Origin: Bdellovibrionales bacterium
GTDB taxonomy: Bacteria > Bdellovibrionota > Bdellovibrionia > Bdellovibrionales > UBA1609
Length of the DNA: 64,000 nucleotides
Direction of reading: 5' to 3'
Assembly: GCA_965204055.1 (NCBI GenBank)
Contig: OZ241967.1
Coordinates: 834,144-898,143, forward strand
Shown here one piece after another: positions 38,206 through 47,196 of the stretch; within the stretch, counting starts at the first letter, position 1; each line of letters opens with the position of its first letter. The notes beneath the pieces are model-generated. The model worked only from the letters and a program-made list of their open reading frames with translations, had not been told where the DNA came from and searched no databases. The translations under genes were made by a program, and so were the position numbers.

Positions 38206-38601
38206 TTGTCTAAAATTCCTGTTGAATTTCGAAAACTCATGTTAAACTATGGGATAAAGATATTGGACGCTCATTCGCCTCGCATTCAAAGAGCTTATAA
38301 AAGGCTTAAGAGCCGTGGAGCTATAAAACTACTTTCAGAGATATGGAGTATAAAAAAACCTGATCCGGAAAAGGTTCGAGACATTTTTATTGAGTTTAAA
38401 GATCTTTTAAAGAAAGCCAAGGGGCAAGAAAAAAAGAACACAGTTTTAAAGATATTGGAGTATTTGACAGACAATACTGGTTTGGATTTAAAAACATGGA
38501 AAAAAGCGGAAGAGTTAATTGTGGAAGAGGGAATTTTAACCAAAGGAGGGATTATGGATATAAGAGAGCATATTAAAGAAAAAGGTCGTTGGGAAGATTA
38601 A
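38206..38601 (+). CDS. hypothetical protein (possibly frameshifted)
   Basis: TTG-initiated 131-aa ORF. A 35-codon ATG ORF (38106-38213) overlaps its start in another frame, so a single gene broken by a frameshift is possible. No recognisable domain. Confidence 0.35.
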   Translation: MSKIPVEFRKLMLNYGIKILDAHSPRIQRAYKRLKSRGAIKLLSEIWSIKKPDPEKVRDIFIEFKDLLKKAKGQEKKNTVLKILEYLTDNTGLDLKTWKKAEELIVEEGILTKGGIMDIREHIKEKGRWED

Positions 38602-38641
38602 ATTAAGACATTTAACCCATAAAATTAGAATTAAAAATAGG

Positions 38642-39316
38642 TTAAGAAAAGATTTTGGGTTTAAAATTTTCCTTATTTTGAATAATAACATCGCCTGTAG
38701 CCTCAATAACGAAAAAACCCTGCTTCTCAGCTAAACTGTTTGCTTGCCTGTTGGCCTTTATTAAAAAAGCCATCGCTCCATAAATGGTTTTGTTTTTAAA
38801 TTCTGGCCACCATACTTTAAAGTTCTTAATATCCTCTGTAAACTCCCTTACATCGGCAGGGTCTAAAGTGGCTTTAACTTCCACAACCACAACTTCTTTC
38901 CCATTAACAGCAATAATATCAAACTCTGTTTTAGCATTTTTTGCATTGGTAATCACTCTTTCTACTTCGATTCCTCTTTCTTTTAATCGTTGAACCAGAC
39001 TACCTTTGACCAGGTTTTCACCCAGTTTACCCCAACGATTTCCAAAATCTCCGATAATAGCATTGATTTTTTTATCAGTTTCTTTCATTTGTTGACCAGT
39101 TTCTTTTTGGTTTTCTTGAAGTTCTTTTTGACTTTCCTGAAGTTCTTTTTGACCAGTTCTCAACTCAGCTGAAAGATTTTTTAAATATCTATCAGTTTCT
39201 TTTTGGCTTTCTTGAAGTTCTTTTTGGCCGGCAGAAAATGCTTTTAAGTTTTTTTGTGTTTCCTTTATCATTCTCCAGATTTCATCTGAAACAGGTAAGG
39301 CTGACGGGCGACTCAT
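38642..39316 (-). CDS. coiled-coil plus PD-(D/E)xK-like protein (DUF3782-like)
   Basis: N-terminal repeats GQKELQESQKE. The C-terminal EFDIIAVNGKEVVVVEVKATL pattern (D...EVK) is typical of the restriction-endonuclease-like fold. The overall layout matches the DUF3782 family as I recall it. Confidence 0.55.
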   Translation of the reverse strand: MSRPSALPVSDEIWRMIKETQKNLKAFSAGQKELQESQKETDRYLKNLSAELRTGQKELQESQKELQENQKETGQQMKETDKKINAIIGDFGNRWGKLGENLVKGSLVQRLKERGIEVERVITNAKNAKTEFDIIAVNGKEVVVVEVKATLDPADVREFTEDIKNFKVWWPEFKNKTIYGAMAFLIKANRQANSLAEKQGFFVIEATGDVIIQNKENFKPKIFS

Positions 39317-39705
39317 TATAGACTCCTTATGATTATTGGCTTTATAATATTATAAATTTTACTGAAAATCAATTCAAAAAGGTGATATGGTTGCCCAGTT
39401 TATCATTTATGCTGTTTACTTTTATAACCATAAAAATCATAAGAATAAGTAGAACCCAGGAAATAGGGACTTTTTTATCTAAAGAATTAAAAAGGTTTGC
39501 TAAAGATTCTATACTCCTATTATGCCACAGAGCTTAACTTTTGTCAAAAAAGGCCAGCTGGTGCTCTTTTAGGTGGTCTATTTTTTAGTACGGGGAAAAG
39601 GGCAATCCGTATTGTGCTGAAGTTAGGACAAAATCTTCTTGACTATTATGCAATGTATCAAAATAATCAAAAGTATGTCAAAAACTAAAATTTAAGGAGG
39701 TAATT

Positions 39706-40419
39706 ATGCAAAGGCAAGGGATAATAAGCAGAAACATAGGTTTTGTGGTGGTTTTGTTTTGCCTGGGGACAACATTTGCATACGCTCATAAGGGGGGCAA
39801 AAAAGGTTCGAAATGTCCATCGGCCAATTTGTCTGAGGAGCAAAAAGCTAGTAAGCAGGCAATGTGGCAAGCGTTTAGATCTGAAGCTGAGGGTATGAGT
39901 AAAGCCGAGAGGCGCGAAGCCAGGGCAGAGTTAAGGCAAAGGATTTTAGACATAATCCCTGAGACGGAGGAACAAAGGAACGCGCTTGAAAAATGTATGA
40001 ATCGGCACCGCAGAGATTGGTGTTCATCGATAAATTTATCTGAGGCGCAGAAAGCTCGTAAGCGGGCGATGATACAAGCATATAGAGCTGAAGTTAGGGA
40101 TATGAGTAATAAAAACGATAGGCGCAAGGCCAGGACAGAATTAGATCAAAGGATTTTAGACACAATTCCTGAGACAGAAGAACAAAGGAGAGCAATTGAA
40201 GAATGTATAAATCGTAGTCGAAGCTGGTGTCCACCGGCAAATTTATCTGAGGAGCAGAAAGCTCGTGAGCAGGCAATGATACAAGCACATGAAGCTGAAA
40301 TTAAGGGTATGACTAAAGCTGAGAGGCATAAAGCTGGTAAAAGATTAATGCAAAGGATTTTAGACACAATCCCTGAGACAGAGGAACAAAGGAGCGTGCT
40401 TGAAGGATGTATACTTTGA
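39706..40419 (+). CDS. secreted triple-repeat protein, Spy/CpxP-like (LTxxQ-type) motif
   Basis: SD AAGGAGG and a signal peptide. Three 69-aa repeats, each C-x3-NLSE(E/A)QKA...ER..A...L.QRILD.IPETEEQR...E.C. Confidence 0.6.
   Translation: MQRQGIISRNIGFVVVLFCLGTTFAYAHKGGKKGSKCPSANLSEEQKASKQAMWQAFRSEAEGMSKAERREARAELRQRILDIIPETEEQRNALEKCMNRHRRDWCSSINLSEAQKARKRAMIQAYRAEVRDMSNKNDRRKARTELDQRILDTIPETEEQRRAIEECINRSRSWCPPANLSEEQKAREQAMIQAHEAEIKGMTKAERHKAGKRLMQRILDTIPETEEQRSVLEGCIL
39814..40419 (+). repeat. 207-bp in-frame tandem repeat, ~2.9 copies
   Basis: Repeat units start at the TGT codons at 39814, 40021 and 40228. Confidence 0.9.
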
Positions 40420-40632
40420 AACAAAAAGAGCAATGAATTTTTTTTTTTAGAAAAATGAGATAATTTTTTTAAGTTTTGCGTCCAAAAAGCATGTAAAAAA
40501 AGCAGTATAACTTAAAAATAGTCCAATTATTTTTTTAACTCATAGCATTGAGTTAAAATTAGGGTAAAATAACAAGGAAGACAGCTCAAACTAACTTTGC
40601 TATAGTGAGCCAATTAAACAAAGGCAAAATAT

Positions 40633-43600
40633 ATGAGCACTGTCCTAACCCTTAAAAAAGAAGAAAAGGCTTTATCGCCACAGGTGCTAAAAAACGCCCC
40701 CACTATGGCTACTAAAGCAGAAAAAGAAGAAAATTTATCGGCAAAGACGATAAAAGACGCATCTGCTACTGCAACTAAAGATTCCTCAACCCATAACGCA
40801 AAAACACAAAGCAAGAATCAGGAGAATGTCGCCGAATCTACTATTCATAACCCTATTCATAATACCAGCCACAGCACAAAATCGCCACACAGTAAGAGTC
40901 AGGAGAGTAGCCTGAACCCAAATAAACCAGCCTCGTTTGTGCATCTTCATGTGCACACCCATTACTCCCTTTTAAAGTCTTCTTGCACAGTTTCAGGTGT
41001 GGTAAATAAATGTGTAGAATACTCCCAACCCGCTGTGGCCATTACGGACTATGGCAATATGTTTGGTGTATTAGATCTGTATTTTAAAGCTAAGGAAAAA
41101 GGTATTAAACCTATTTTAGGGTTGGAAATTTATCTCACTCCAGGCCATCGCTCAGAGAAAAAAAGTTATTCTTTATCTGGCCCCACTCCCTCTGTTTCTT
41201 CTGTTTCTTCTGCCTTTCAAGTTAGAAACCCCTCTTTAATTTTGTTGGCACAAAATGTGGAAGGTTATAGAAACCTTTGCCGTATTAGCACCATTGCTTA
41301 TCAAGAAGGCTTTTATTATGTCCCCAGAGTGGATTATGAAACTTTAAAAAAATATAATAATGCAATTATTGCACTATCCGGGGGGTTTAATGGGGAGATT
41401 CCTCAAATTTTCTTAAAAAAAGGACCTGATAGAGCTTTGGAAACTATTAAAAAACTAAAAAATATTTATCACGATCGCTTTTATCTTCAGCTTAACCGCA
41501 CAGGGCTTTTAGAGTGGGATAAGGTAAATAATTTTTTGCAATCGGCGGGAAAAATAACCCAAACAACCCTCACGGCTGGCAATGATGTGCATTACCTTGA
41601 TAAGAAAGATCATCTGGCACAAGATGTGTTATTTTGCATTGGATCTAATAGAACTTTAAGGGATCAAGAGCGATTTAAGTTAAAATCAGATCAATTTTAT
41701 TTTAGAGATTCTAATGAGATGAGAGAATTATTTAAAGATATTCCTGAAGTATGTGACAGCACTTTAGAAATCAGCTCTCGTTGTCAGGTTCAGTTTCAAC
41801 TAAAAAGAGATGGCCGGCCTATTTATCATCTTCCCAAATTAAACCGCACTGGATTTGAAGATGAATCTTTGAAACAACTAAAGATGGAGAAAGCAGAAGA
41901 AGAAGGCCCACAAAGAGATCAGGAGAAAAGTCCATCAACGAAAGTCCAAACATTAAGTTCACAAAACCAAAAAGTTACAGCCAAAGGTCCACAACAAATA
42001 GATCAGGAGAAATCAGTTTCAGAGGACTTATCAGCAGAAACTCAAACATTAAATTCGCAAAACAGGAAAGTTGAAGAAAAACAGGAAAAAGAGTCAACAA
42101 AAACATTAAGAGATTTAAGTTTTTCAGGATTGGAAAAAAGATGTAGGGAATTTAAGAAAAGTTTAACAGAAGAAGAAAAACAAAAATATAAAAAGAGGTT
42201 GGAAGAAGAATTAAGAATTATTATAGATATGGGTTTTGCGGATTATTTCTTAATTGTTTATGATTTTGTTCATTGGGCAAAAAAAGAAGACATTCCCGTA
42301 GGGCCTGGGCGAGGTTCAGGGGCCAGCTCCTTGGCGGCTTATTGTTTAGAAATCACAGACTTAGATCCTATGCCTTATAATCTTTTGTTTGAAAGATTTT
42401 TAAACCCGGAAAGGATTTCTCTTCCTGATTTTGATATTGATTTTTGTCAAGAAAACAGGAACCGTGTTATTGAATATGTAAGTAAAAAATATGGCAAAGA
42501 TTATGTAGCTCAAGTGATGACTTACGGAAGGTTACAGGCGCGTGCGGCTATTCGGGATGTAGGGCGTGTGTTGGGAATGAGCTATGCAGAAGTGGATCAG
42601 ATTGCCAAGCTGATACCAGAGAAATTAGGCATCACCTTAGAGTCAGCTATAAAAGACAATCAAAGACTTAATGAGCTAATAGAGGCTGATCCTCAAATTG
42701 AAACTCTGATCAGCCTGGCTCGTCAGATTGAAGGTCTTATCCGCCATGTCAGCATTCATGCGGCAGGGGTGATTATTGCAGATCATCCTATTATTAACTA
42801 TGCTCCTCTTTATAGAGGGACAGAGGGAGAAAATATTATTCAATGTGACTTAAATCTTTCTAAAAAAATAGGTTTAGTTAAATTTGATTTCTTGGGATTA
42901 AAAACTCTAACTCAGGTGCGTTCTGCTTTTCAGATGATTACTCAAAATAAAAACAAACTACTTTCTGTTAAAGATATTTCTTTAGAAGATAAGGGTATTT
43001 ATGAAATTATGCGAGAAGGTGATACTAAAGGTGTGTTTCAGTTTGAGGGAGAGGGAATCACAGATCTAATCATTAAAGCAGAGCCTTCTTGTTTCGAAGA
43101 TATTGTGGCTATTAACGCGCTTTTTCGTCCGGGCCCTATGGATATGATTCCCTCTTATTTGAACAGAAAAAAAGGGAAAGTAAAAGTAGATTATTTATTT
43201 CCTGAGTTAGAACCTATATTAAAGGAAACTTATGGAATTATCGTGTATCAAGAGCAAGTCCAGCTTATTGCCGCAAAAATTGCAGGCTATAGCTATGGGG
43301 AGGCTGATGTTTTACGAAGAGCAATGGGAGAGAAAAAGCCCGCTGTGATGAAAAAACAAAAGAGCCGTTTCCTGAAGGGAGCAAGAGAAAATGGATATGA
43401 CAAAAAAAAATCAGAAAGGCTTTTTGATCTGGTGGAGGAGTTTGCTAAGTACGGGTTTAACAAATCTCATGCCGCGGCTTATTGTGTGTTGGCGGCTCAA
43501 ACTGCCTGGCTTAAAAAATATTATCCTGTGGAGTTTTTTGCCTCTCTTCTTTATATGGAAATCAACAACACGGATAAAATAGTTCGTTATGTTCAAGATG

Positions 43601-44661
43601 CAAAAAAACATAATATAAAATTGTTGCCACCTCATATTAATCATTCTAAGTATTTTTTTACTCCTGTTAAAAATAAAATTTATTTTTCTCTGGGAGCAAT
43701 AAAAGGGGTGGGACATTCTGCTGTAAACCATATTATTCAGGTTAGGGAACAGTTAAAAGAGGGTGGTTTTGTATCTGTTCAGCAGTTTTTTGAAAAAGTA
43801 GATATAAAAAAAGTAATAAATAAAAAATGTATAGAATCTCTTGTAAAAGCAGGAGCTTTTGATGGCATGGAGTTAAACAGAAATGAAATACTTTCTAACT
43901 ATGAAAGTTTTATAGAACAAGTGGAGAAGAAAAAAGAAGAAGAGGAATCTGGGCAAATAAATTTATTTTCTACTCAAGCAAAGTCTCAAAATTTTGTATA
44001 TAAACGGCAACCAGAGTGGAGTTTTTCAGTTCGATTGGATAATGAAAAATCTGTAATTGGATTTTATTTAAGTGGTCATCCGATGGACTATTTAAAGCCT
44101 TTTAGAAAGATCTGTGGTTGTGGGCCTATTTCGTCTCTTGATGAGAAAGAGCATAAAACGGAAGTTTGTGTTTGGGGCCTATTAAATGGGTTTCGAGAAG
44201 TCACCACCAGAAAAGGAACGCGGATGGCTTTTGGTAGATTGGAAGATGGCACAGGGGTTTTGGAAGTTGTGTTTTTCTCGGATGTGTATTTAAAGTTTGA
44301 AACACAGATCCGCCGGACAGAAGAACCTTTAGTAATTAAAGGGAGTCTTGTAAAAGACAAAGATAAGTATACAAGATTATTTGTTCAAGAAGTGTTATCA
44401 ATAAGGGCACAGATGAGTAACCACGCGCGCGGAATGATTTTGCTGTTAGGGGAGCATGAAAAACAGAAACTCCCAGTGTTAAAAAAACTATTAGAGCAAT
44501 ATACCGGTCCAGTGCCTGTGTATTTTAATGTTCAGCTGGAAGCCCCCCCCAGAACAGTATGTTTAAAGCCCAGTTCTCTTTTAGGTGTAACTCTTAGCCC
44601 GCACTTTTTAGAGCAAATACAGAAAACAATGGGTGGGAAAAATAAAGTACAAATTTATTGA
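40633..44661 (+). CDS. dnaE: DNA polymerase III alpha subunit
   Basis: PHP motif FVHLHVHTHYSLL, PDFDIDF catalytic aspartates, and finger/OB-fold regions. Has a ~100-aa low-complexity N-terminal extension and a ~75-aa Q/K/E/S-rich insertion (about 41880-42110). Confidence 0.95.
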   Translation: MSTVLTLKKEEKALSPQVLKNAPTMATKAEKEENLSAKTIKDASATATKDSSTHNAKTQSKNQENVAESTIHNPIHNTSHSTKSPHSKSQESSLNPNKPASFVHLHVHTHYSLLKSSCTVSGVVNKCVEYSQPAVAITDYGNMFGVLDLYFKAKEKGIKPILGLEIYLTPGHRSEKKSYSLSGPTPSVSSVSSAFQVRNPSLILLAQNVEGYRNLCRISTIAYQEGFYYVPRVDYETLKKYNNAIIALSGGFNGEIPQIFLKKGPDRALETIKKLKNIYHDRFYLQLNRTGLLEWDKVNNFLQSAGKITQTTLTAGNDVHYLDKKDHLAQDVLFCIGSNRTLRDQERFKLKSDQFYFRDSNEMRELFKDIPEVCDSTLEISSRCQVQFQLKRDGRPIYHLPKLNRTGFEDESLKQLKMEKAEEEGPQRDQEKSPSTKVQTLSSQNQKVTAKGPQQIDQEKSVSEDLSAETQTLNSQNRKVEEKQEKESTKTLRDLSFSGLEKRCREFKKSLTEEEKQKYKKRLEEELRIIIDMGFADYFLIVYDFVHWAKKEDIPVGPGRGSGASSLAAYCLEITDLDPMPYNLLFERFLNPERISLPDFDIDFCQENRNRVIEYVSKKYGKDYVAQVMTYGRLQARAAIRDVGRVLGMSYAEVDQIAKLIPEKLGITLESAIKDNQRLNELIEADPQIETLISLARQIEGLIRHVSIHAAGVIIADHPIINYAPLYRGTEGENIIQCDLNLSKKIGLVKFDFLGLKTLTQVRSAFQMITQNKNKLLSVKDISLEDKGIYEIMREGDTKGVFQFEGEGITDLIIKAEPSCFEDIVAINALFRPGPMDMIPSYLNRKKGKVKVDYLFPELEPILKETYGIIVYQEQVQLIAAKIAGYSYGEADVLRRAMGEKKPAVMKKQKSRFLKGARENGYDKKKSERLFDLVEEFAKYGFNKSHAAAYCVLAAQTAWLKKYYPVEFFASLLYMEINNTDKIVRYVQDAKKHNIKLLPPHINHSKYFFTPVKNKIYFSLGAIKGVGHSAVNHIIQVREQLKEGGFVSVQQFFEKVDIKKVINKKCIESLVKAGAFDGMELNRNEILSNYESFIEQVEKKKEEEESGQINLFSTQAKSQNFVYKRQPEWSFSVRLDNEKSVIGFYLSGHPMDYLKPFRKICGCGPISSLDEKEHKTEVCVWGLLNGFREVTTRKGTRMAFGRLEDGTGVLEVVFFSDVYLKFETQIRRTEEPLVIKGSLVKDKDKYTRLFVQEVLSIRAQMSNHARGMILLLGEHEKQKLPVLKKLLEQYTGPVPVYFNVQLEAPPRTVCLKPSSLLGVTLSPHFLEQIQKTMGGKNKVQIY

Positions 44662-44781
44662 TTTTTTTGTTAGTTATTGAGAATTTACTGCTTGTTAAAG
44701 CAACATTTCAGAAATTTTTGTTTGTAAGTTTACTCTGGTCAGGTTCAAGGTTTTTGTCGAAAGCAAATTTTAGGGGTTTTT

Positions 44782-45930
44782 ATGTGGTGGGGCGTTTTAT
44801 ATTATTTGTTTTTTTTAGTTCCGTTTGCTTATGGTGGAGAAATCTCTATGGAAATAGAACAGGATTCTCCAAACTCAAAAAAAGCCGTTCAAACTGCTAT
44901 TAAAGAGGTGTCCAACAACTTAATGGAGCAATTTATTGAGCCAACAAAATTAAAGGAACAAAAAAAACAAATACAAAAAATAATATCAACATATTCTAAC
45001 CGTTATATTTTACATACACAGACAGATCCTCCTGTTAAAAAGGAGGATAATTCTTTTGTTATCAATGTAACTATCGGATTTTCCGAAGAAAATTTAAAAA
45101 AAATTTTACTGGAAGAGGATCTTTTTTACTCAGGAGCTTCGCAGTTAAGAATTTTACCACTTATTTTGTTTGAAGATTTAGTTCATAAGGAAAGTTACGG
45201 TTGGTGGAAAAAGAAAAAAGCTTCTTCTGAAGACATAAAACGGCAAATAAATGCACTTTTAAGTGAGATGCAGTCTGTGCTTCTCATTTATGGTTTTTTT
45301 CTTATCCATCCAGAACAAGCGGGTCTATCTTACTTTATCCCAGAAGATTTAGAGTTTAAAACTCCCAAAAAAAAGAGTGTATTTAAGTTGGCTCAGTTTT
45401 TTAGGTCTCATTTAGCTCTTATTGGCTCTGTAAAAATTAGAGAATCCGACACAGATTCTATTTTAAATTTAAAATTATATTTAACAGTTTATCACACGAA
45501 AAGCGGTCGATTGTTGTCTGAGACAGAGCGATTGGCAAATATTCAGGTGGAAAAAGGGAAAAAAGTTATGCCTGTTGCTGTTTTTTTGAAAAAAAACAAA
45601 AATTTTGCAAAAAGCCTGGGAGCACAACTTAAATCTATTTATTCGGCAGGTCAGATTTCAGCTAATTTACTTAAATTGACTTTAAAGGGTGATTTGAGCT
45701 ATAGAGCTTCCAATCAATTTCAACAGCTATTAATTGCTAAAATCAGTGCTATAAAAAATTTAACAGAAAATATTATAAGGTCTGATTCCATTACCTACAC
45801 AGCTAACACAAGTGCCGATATTAAAAATATTTCACAAAAAATTAAAGACACCTTATTTCCTGGTTTTAAAGTGAGAGTTTCTAAGGTCAAAAAAAACGAA
45901 ATCATTTTAAAAGTGGCTATTAAAGAATAA
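44782..45930 (+). CDS. hypothetical exported protein
   Basis: N-terminal hydrophobic segment MWWGVLYYLFFLVPFAYG. No recognisable catalytic motif. Confidence 0.5.
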   Translation: MWWGVLYYLFFLVPFAYGGEISMEIEQDSPNSKKAVQTAIKEVSNNLMEQFIEPTKLKEQKKQIQKIISTYSNRYILHTQTDPPVKKEDNSFVINVTIGFSEENLKKILLEEDLFYSGASQLRILPLILFEDLVHKESYGWWKKKKASSEDIKRQINALLSEMQSVLLIYGFFLIHPEQAGLSYFIPEDLEFKTPKKKSVFKLAQFFRSHLALIGSVKIRESDTDSILNLKLYLTVYHTKSGRLLSETERLANIQVEKGKKVMPVAVFLKKNKNFAKSLGAQLKSIYSAGQISANLLKLTLKGDLSYRASNQFQQLLIAKISAIKNLTENIIRSDSITYTANTSADIKNISQKIKDTLFPGFKVRVSKVKKNEIILKVAIKE

Positions 45931-45945
45931 AAGATTTTTTTGTAA

Positions 45946-46539
45946 CTATTTAACAATTACTTTAATAGAGCTAATTTTTGCATCTGGTGGGTTATCCTCG
46001 CCTGTTATGGGTGGAAAATTATCTGGGTTAAAAATATGGTATTCCAGGTCTTTGTAATTTTTAATAAGATAATCTAAAATTTCTTTTGGCCGGGCATTAG
46101 CATTGATATTAAGATATAAAGTGAGAGTTGTTGAACTATAAGACCCGACAGGAGTGTGAGAAGTGCCGGAACCTAATAAAGCCCAAAAAAGGGAATCTCC
46201 TTTTTCAGGATCGGCATTATGAGAAACCAGGTCCATTCGATGTGTTTTTTTTGTTTTTCTGTTAAAAAAATATCCCACAGGGCTGTTATTGATATAACGA
46301 AACTTTTTTTTCTTATCCTTTGTATTAAGTAAAACTACAGAACCTGCATCTACAGAGTAACTTTTTGTAAAATCAAAAGTGACCTCAGAAGGTACACTAT
46401 ATTGATATTCAAAAGAATAACGAGTGTCATCTACACAAGCGGAGTTTGCACTGAATAAAAAAGCATAGAGGAAGAGCAACTTCCATAGCAAATTATTTAG
46501 CTTGTTCTCTGGCTTATTTTTTGTTTTTCCATTCATTTT
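45946..46539 (-). CDS. hypothetical exported protein, possible lipoprotein
   Basis: The start was set at MNGKTKNK (46539). The signal segment LLWKLLFLYAFLFSANSAC has a lipobox-like Cys. The track ORF start at 46590 reads through the neighbouring gene's repeats in another frame. Confidence 0.5.
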   Translation of the reverse strand, partial: KMNGKTKNKPENKLNNLLWKLLFLYAFLFSANSACVDDTRYSFEYQYSVPSEVTFDFTKSYSVDAGSVVLLNTKDKKKKFRYINNSPVGYFFNRKTKKTHRMDLVSHNADPEKGDSLFWALLGSGTSHTPVGSYSSTTLTLYLNINANARPKEILDYLIKNYKDLEYHIFNPDNFPPITGEDNPPDAKISSIKVIVK

Positions 46540-47137
46540 GTTTACTCCATTCCGGTTGTTTACTCCATTCTGGTTGTTTGCTCCAGTCATTTTGTTTGCT
46601 CCATTCTGGTTGTTTTTCCAGCTCTTTTGTGTGTTCCTTCTCTAACTTTGTTTTCTCCTGTTTTTTTGATTGTGCGGGTTGGTTTGCTAACTCCGTGCTT
46701 GTTTTAAGAGGGTCTGCTCCATATTTATTAACACCTTTTGTTCCTTTTTTTAATAACAATACACCTTCAAAAATTGAAAACATCCCTGTGCAAATTTTGG
46801 ATAAAGCAGGTATATCAGTTATAAAATCAATATGGGTTATAATCATTATTAACCAATAAACCCAACCTGGCAAGCCTAAATCATGCAGTCTTTTTATACT
46901 GGGAAAAGAGAATAAAAAACAAAGAGGGATTATAAGAAAAATAAAGGTTGTTACATCTGATTCCCCCTCTGACAGTTCTCTATCTATTAGTGACTCTATT
47001 CCAATACTTATAATTGCGAACAATAGCAAAAAAAGACCTCCTCCTATAAGTAATATTATTAAGTGTTGAAAGAAATATTTTTTTCGGCCTATTCTGCCTT
47101 TGTAACCGAATAAAGAAGTTTTATTTTTTATAGACAT
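46514..47137 (-). CDS. DUF805-family inner membrane protein with C-terminal W-S-K-Q repeat tail
   Basis: N-terminus SLFGYKGRIGRKKYFFQHL plus KRLHDLGLPGW are DUF805 hallmarks. The C-terminus is KQPEWSKQNDWSKQPEWSKQPEWSKQNEW. Confidence 0.7.
   Translation of the reverse strand: MSIKNKTSLFGYKGRIGRKKYFFQHLIILLIGGGLFLLLFAIISIGIESLIDRELSEGESDVTTFIFLIIPLCFLFSFPSIKRLHDLGLPGWVYWLIMIITHIDFITDIPALSKICTGMFSIFEGVLLLKKGTKGVNKYGADPLKTSTELANQPAQSKKQEKTKLEKEHTKELEKQPEWSKQNDWSKQPEWSKQPEWSKQNEWKNKK
46524..46619. repeat. 18-bp in-frame tandem repeat, ~5 copies
   Basis: Plus-strand units TTACTCCATTCCGGTTGT, TTACTCCATTCTGGTTGT, TTGCTCCAGTCATTTTGT and TTGCTCCATTCTGGTTGT. Confidence 0.9.
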
Positions 47138-47196
47138 TTTTCATTAATTCCTTTCTATTACTATTATATAGAATAGGGGTTAATTAAAATCAACCA

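Noticed and set aside
39786-40433. Four antisense ORFs (64-113 aa) opposite the triple-repeat secreted protein gene.
   Set aside because: They are open only because the sense strand is a repeated E/K/Q/R-rich sequence lacking reverse-complement stop codons. There are no start contexts, and the periodic similarity mirrors the 207-bp repeat.
41880-42110. The DnaE internal insertion considered as an intein.
   Set aside because: The insert is short (~75 aa) and Q/K/E/S-rich. It lacks a Cys/Ser at an N-splice junction, lacks TxxH, and lacks a terminal HN plus nucleophile. It looks like low-complexity expansion with an internal duplication.
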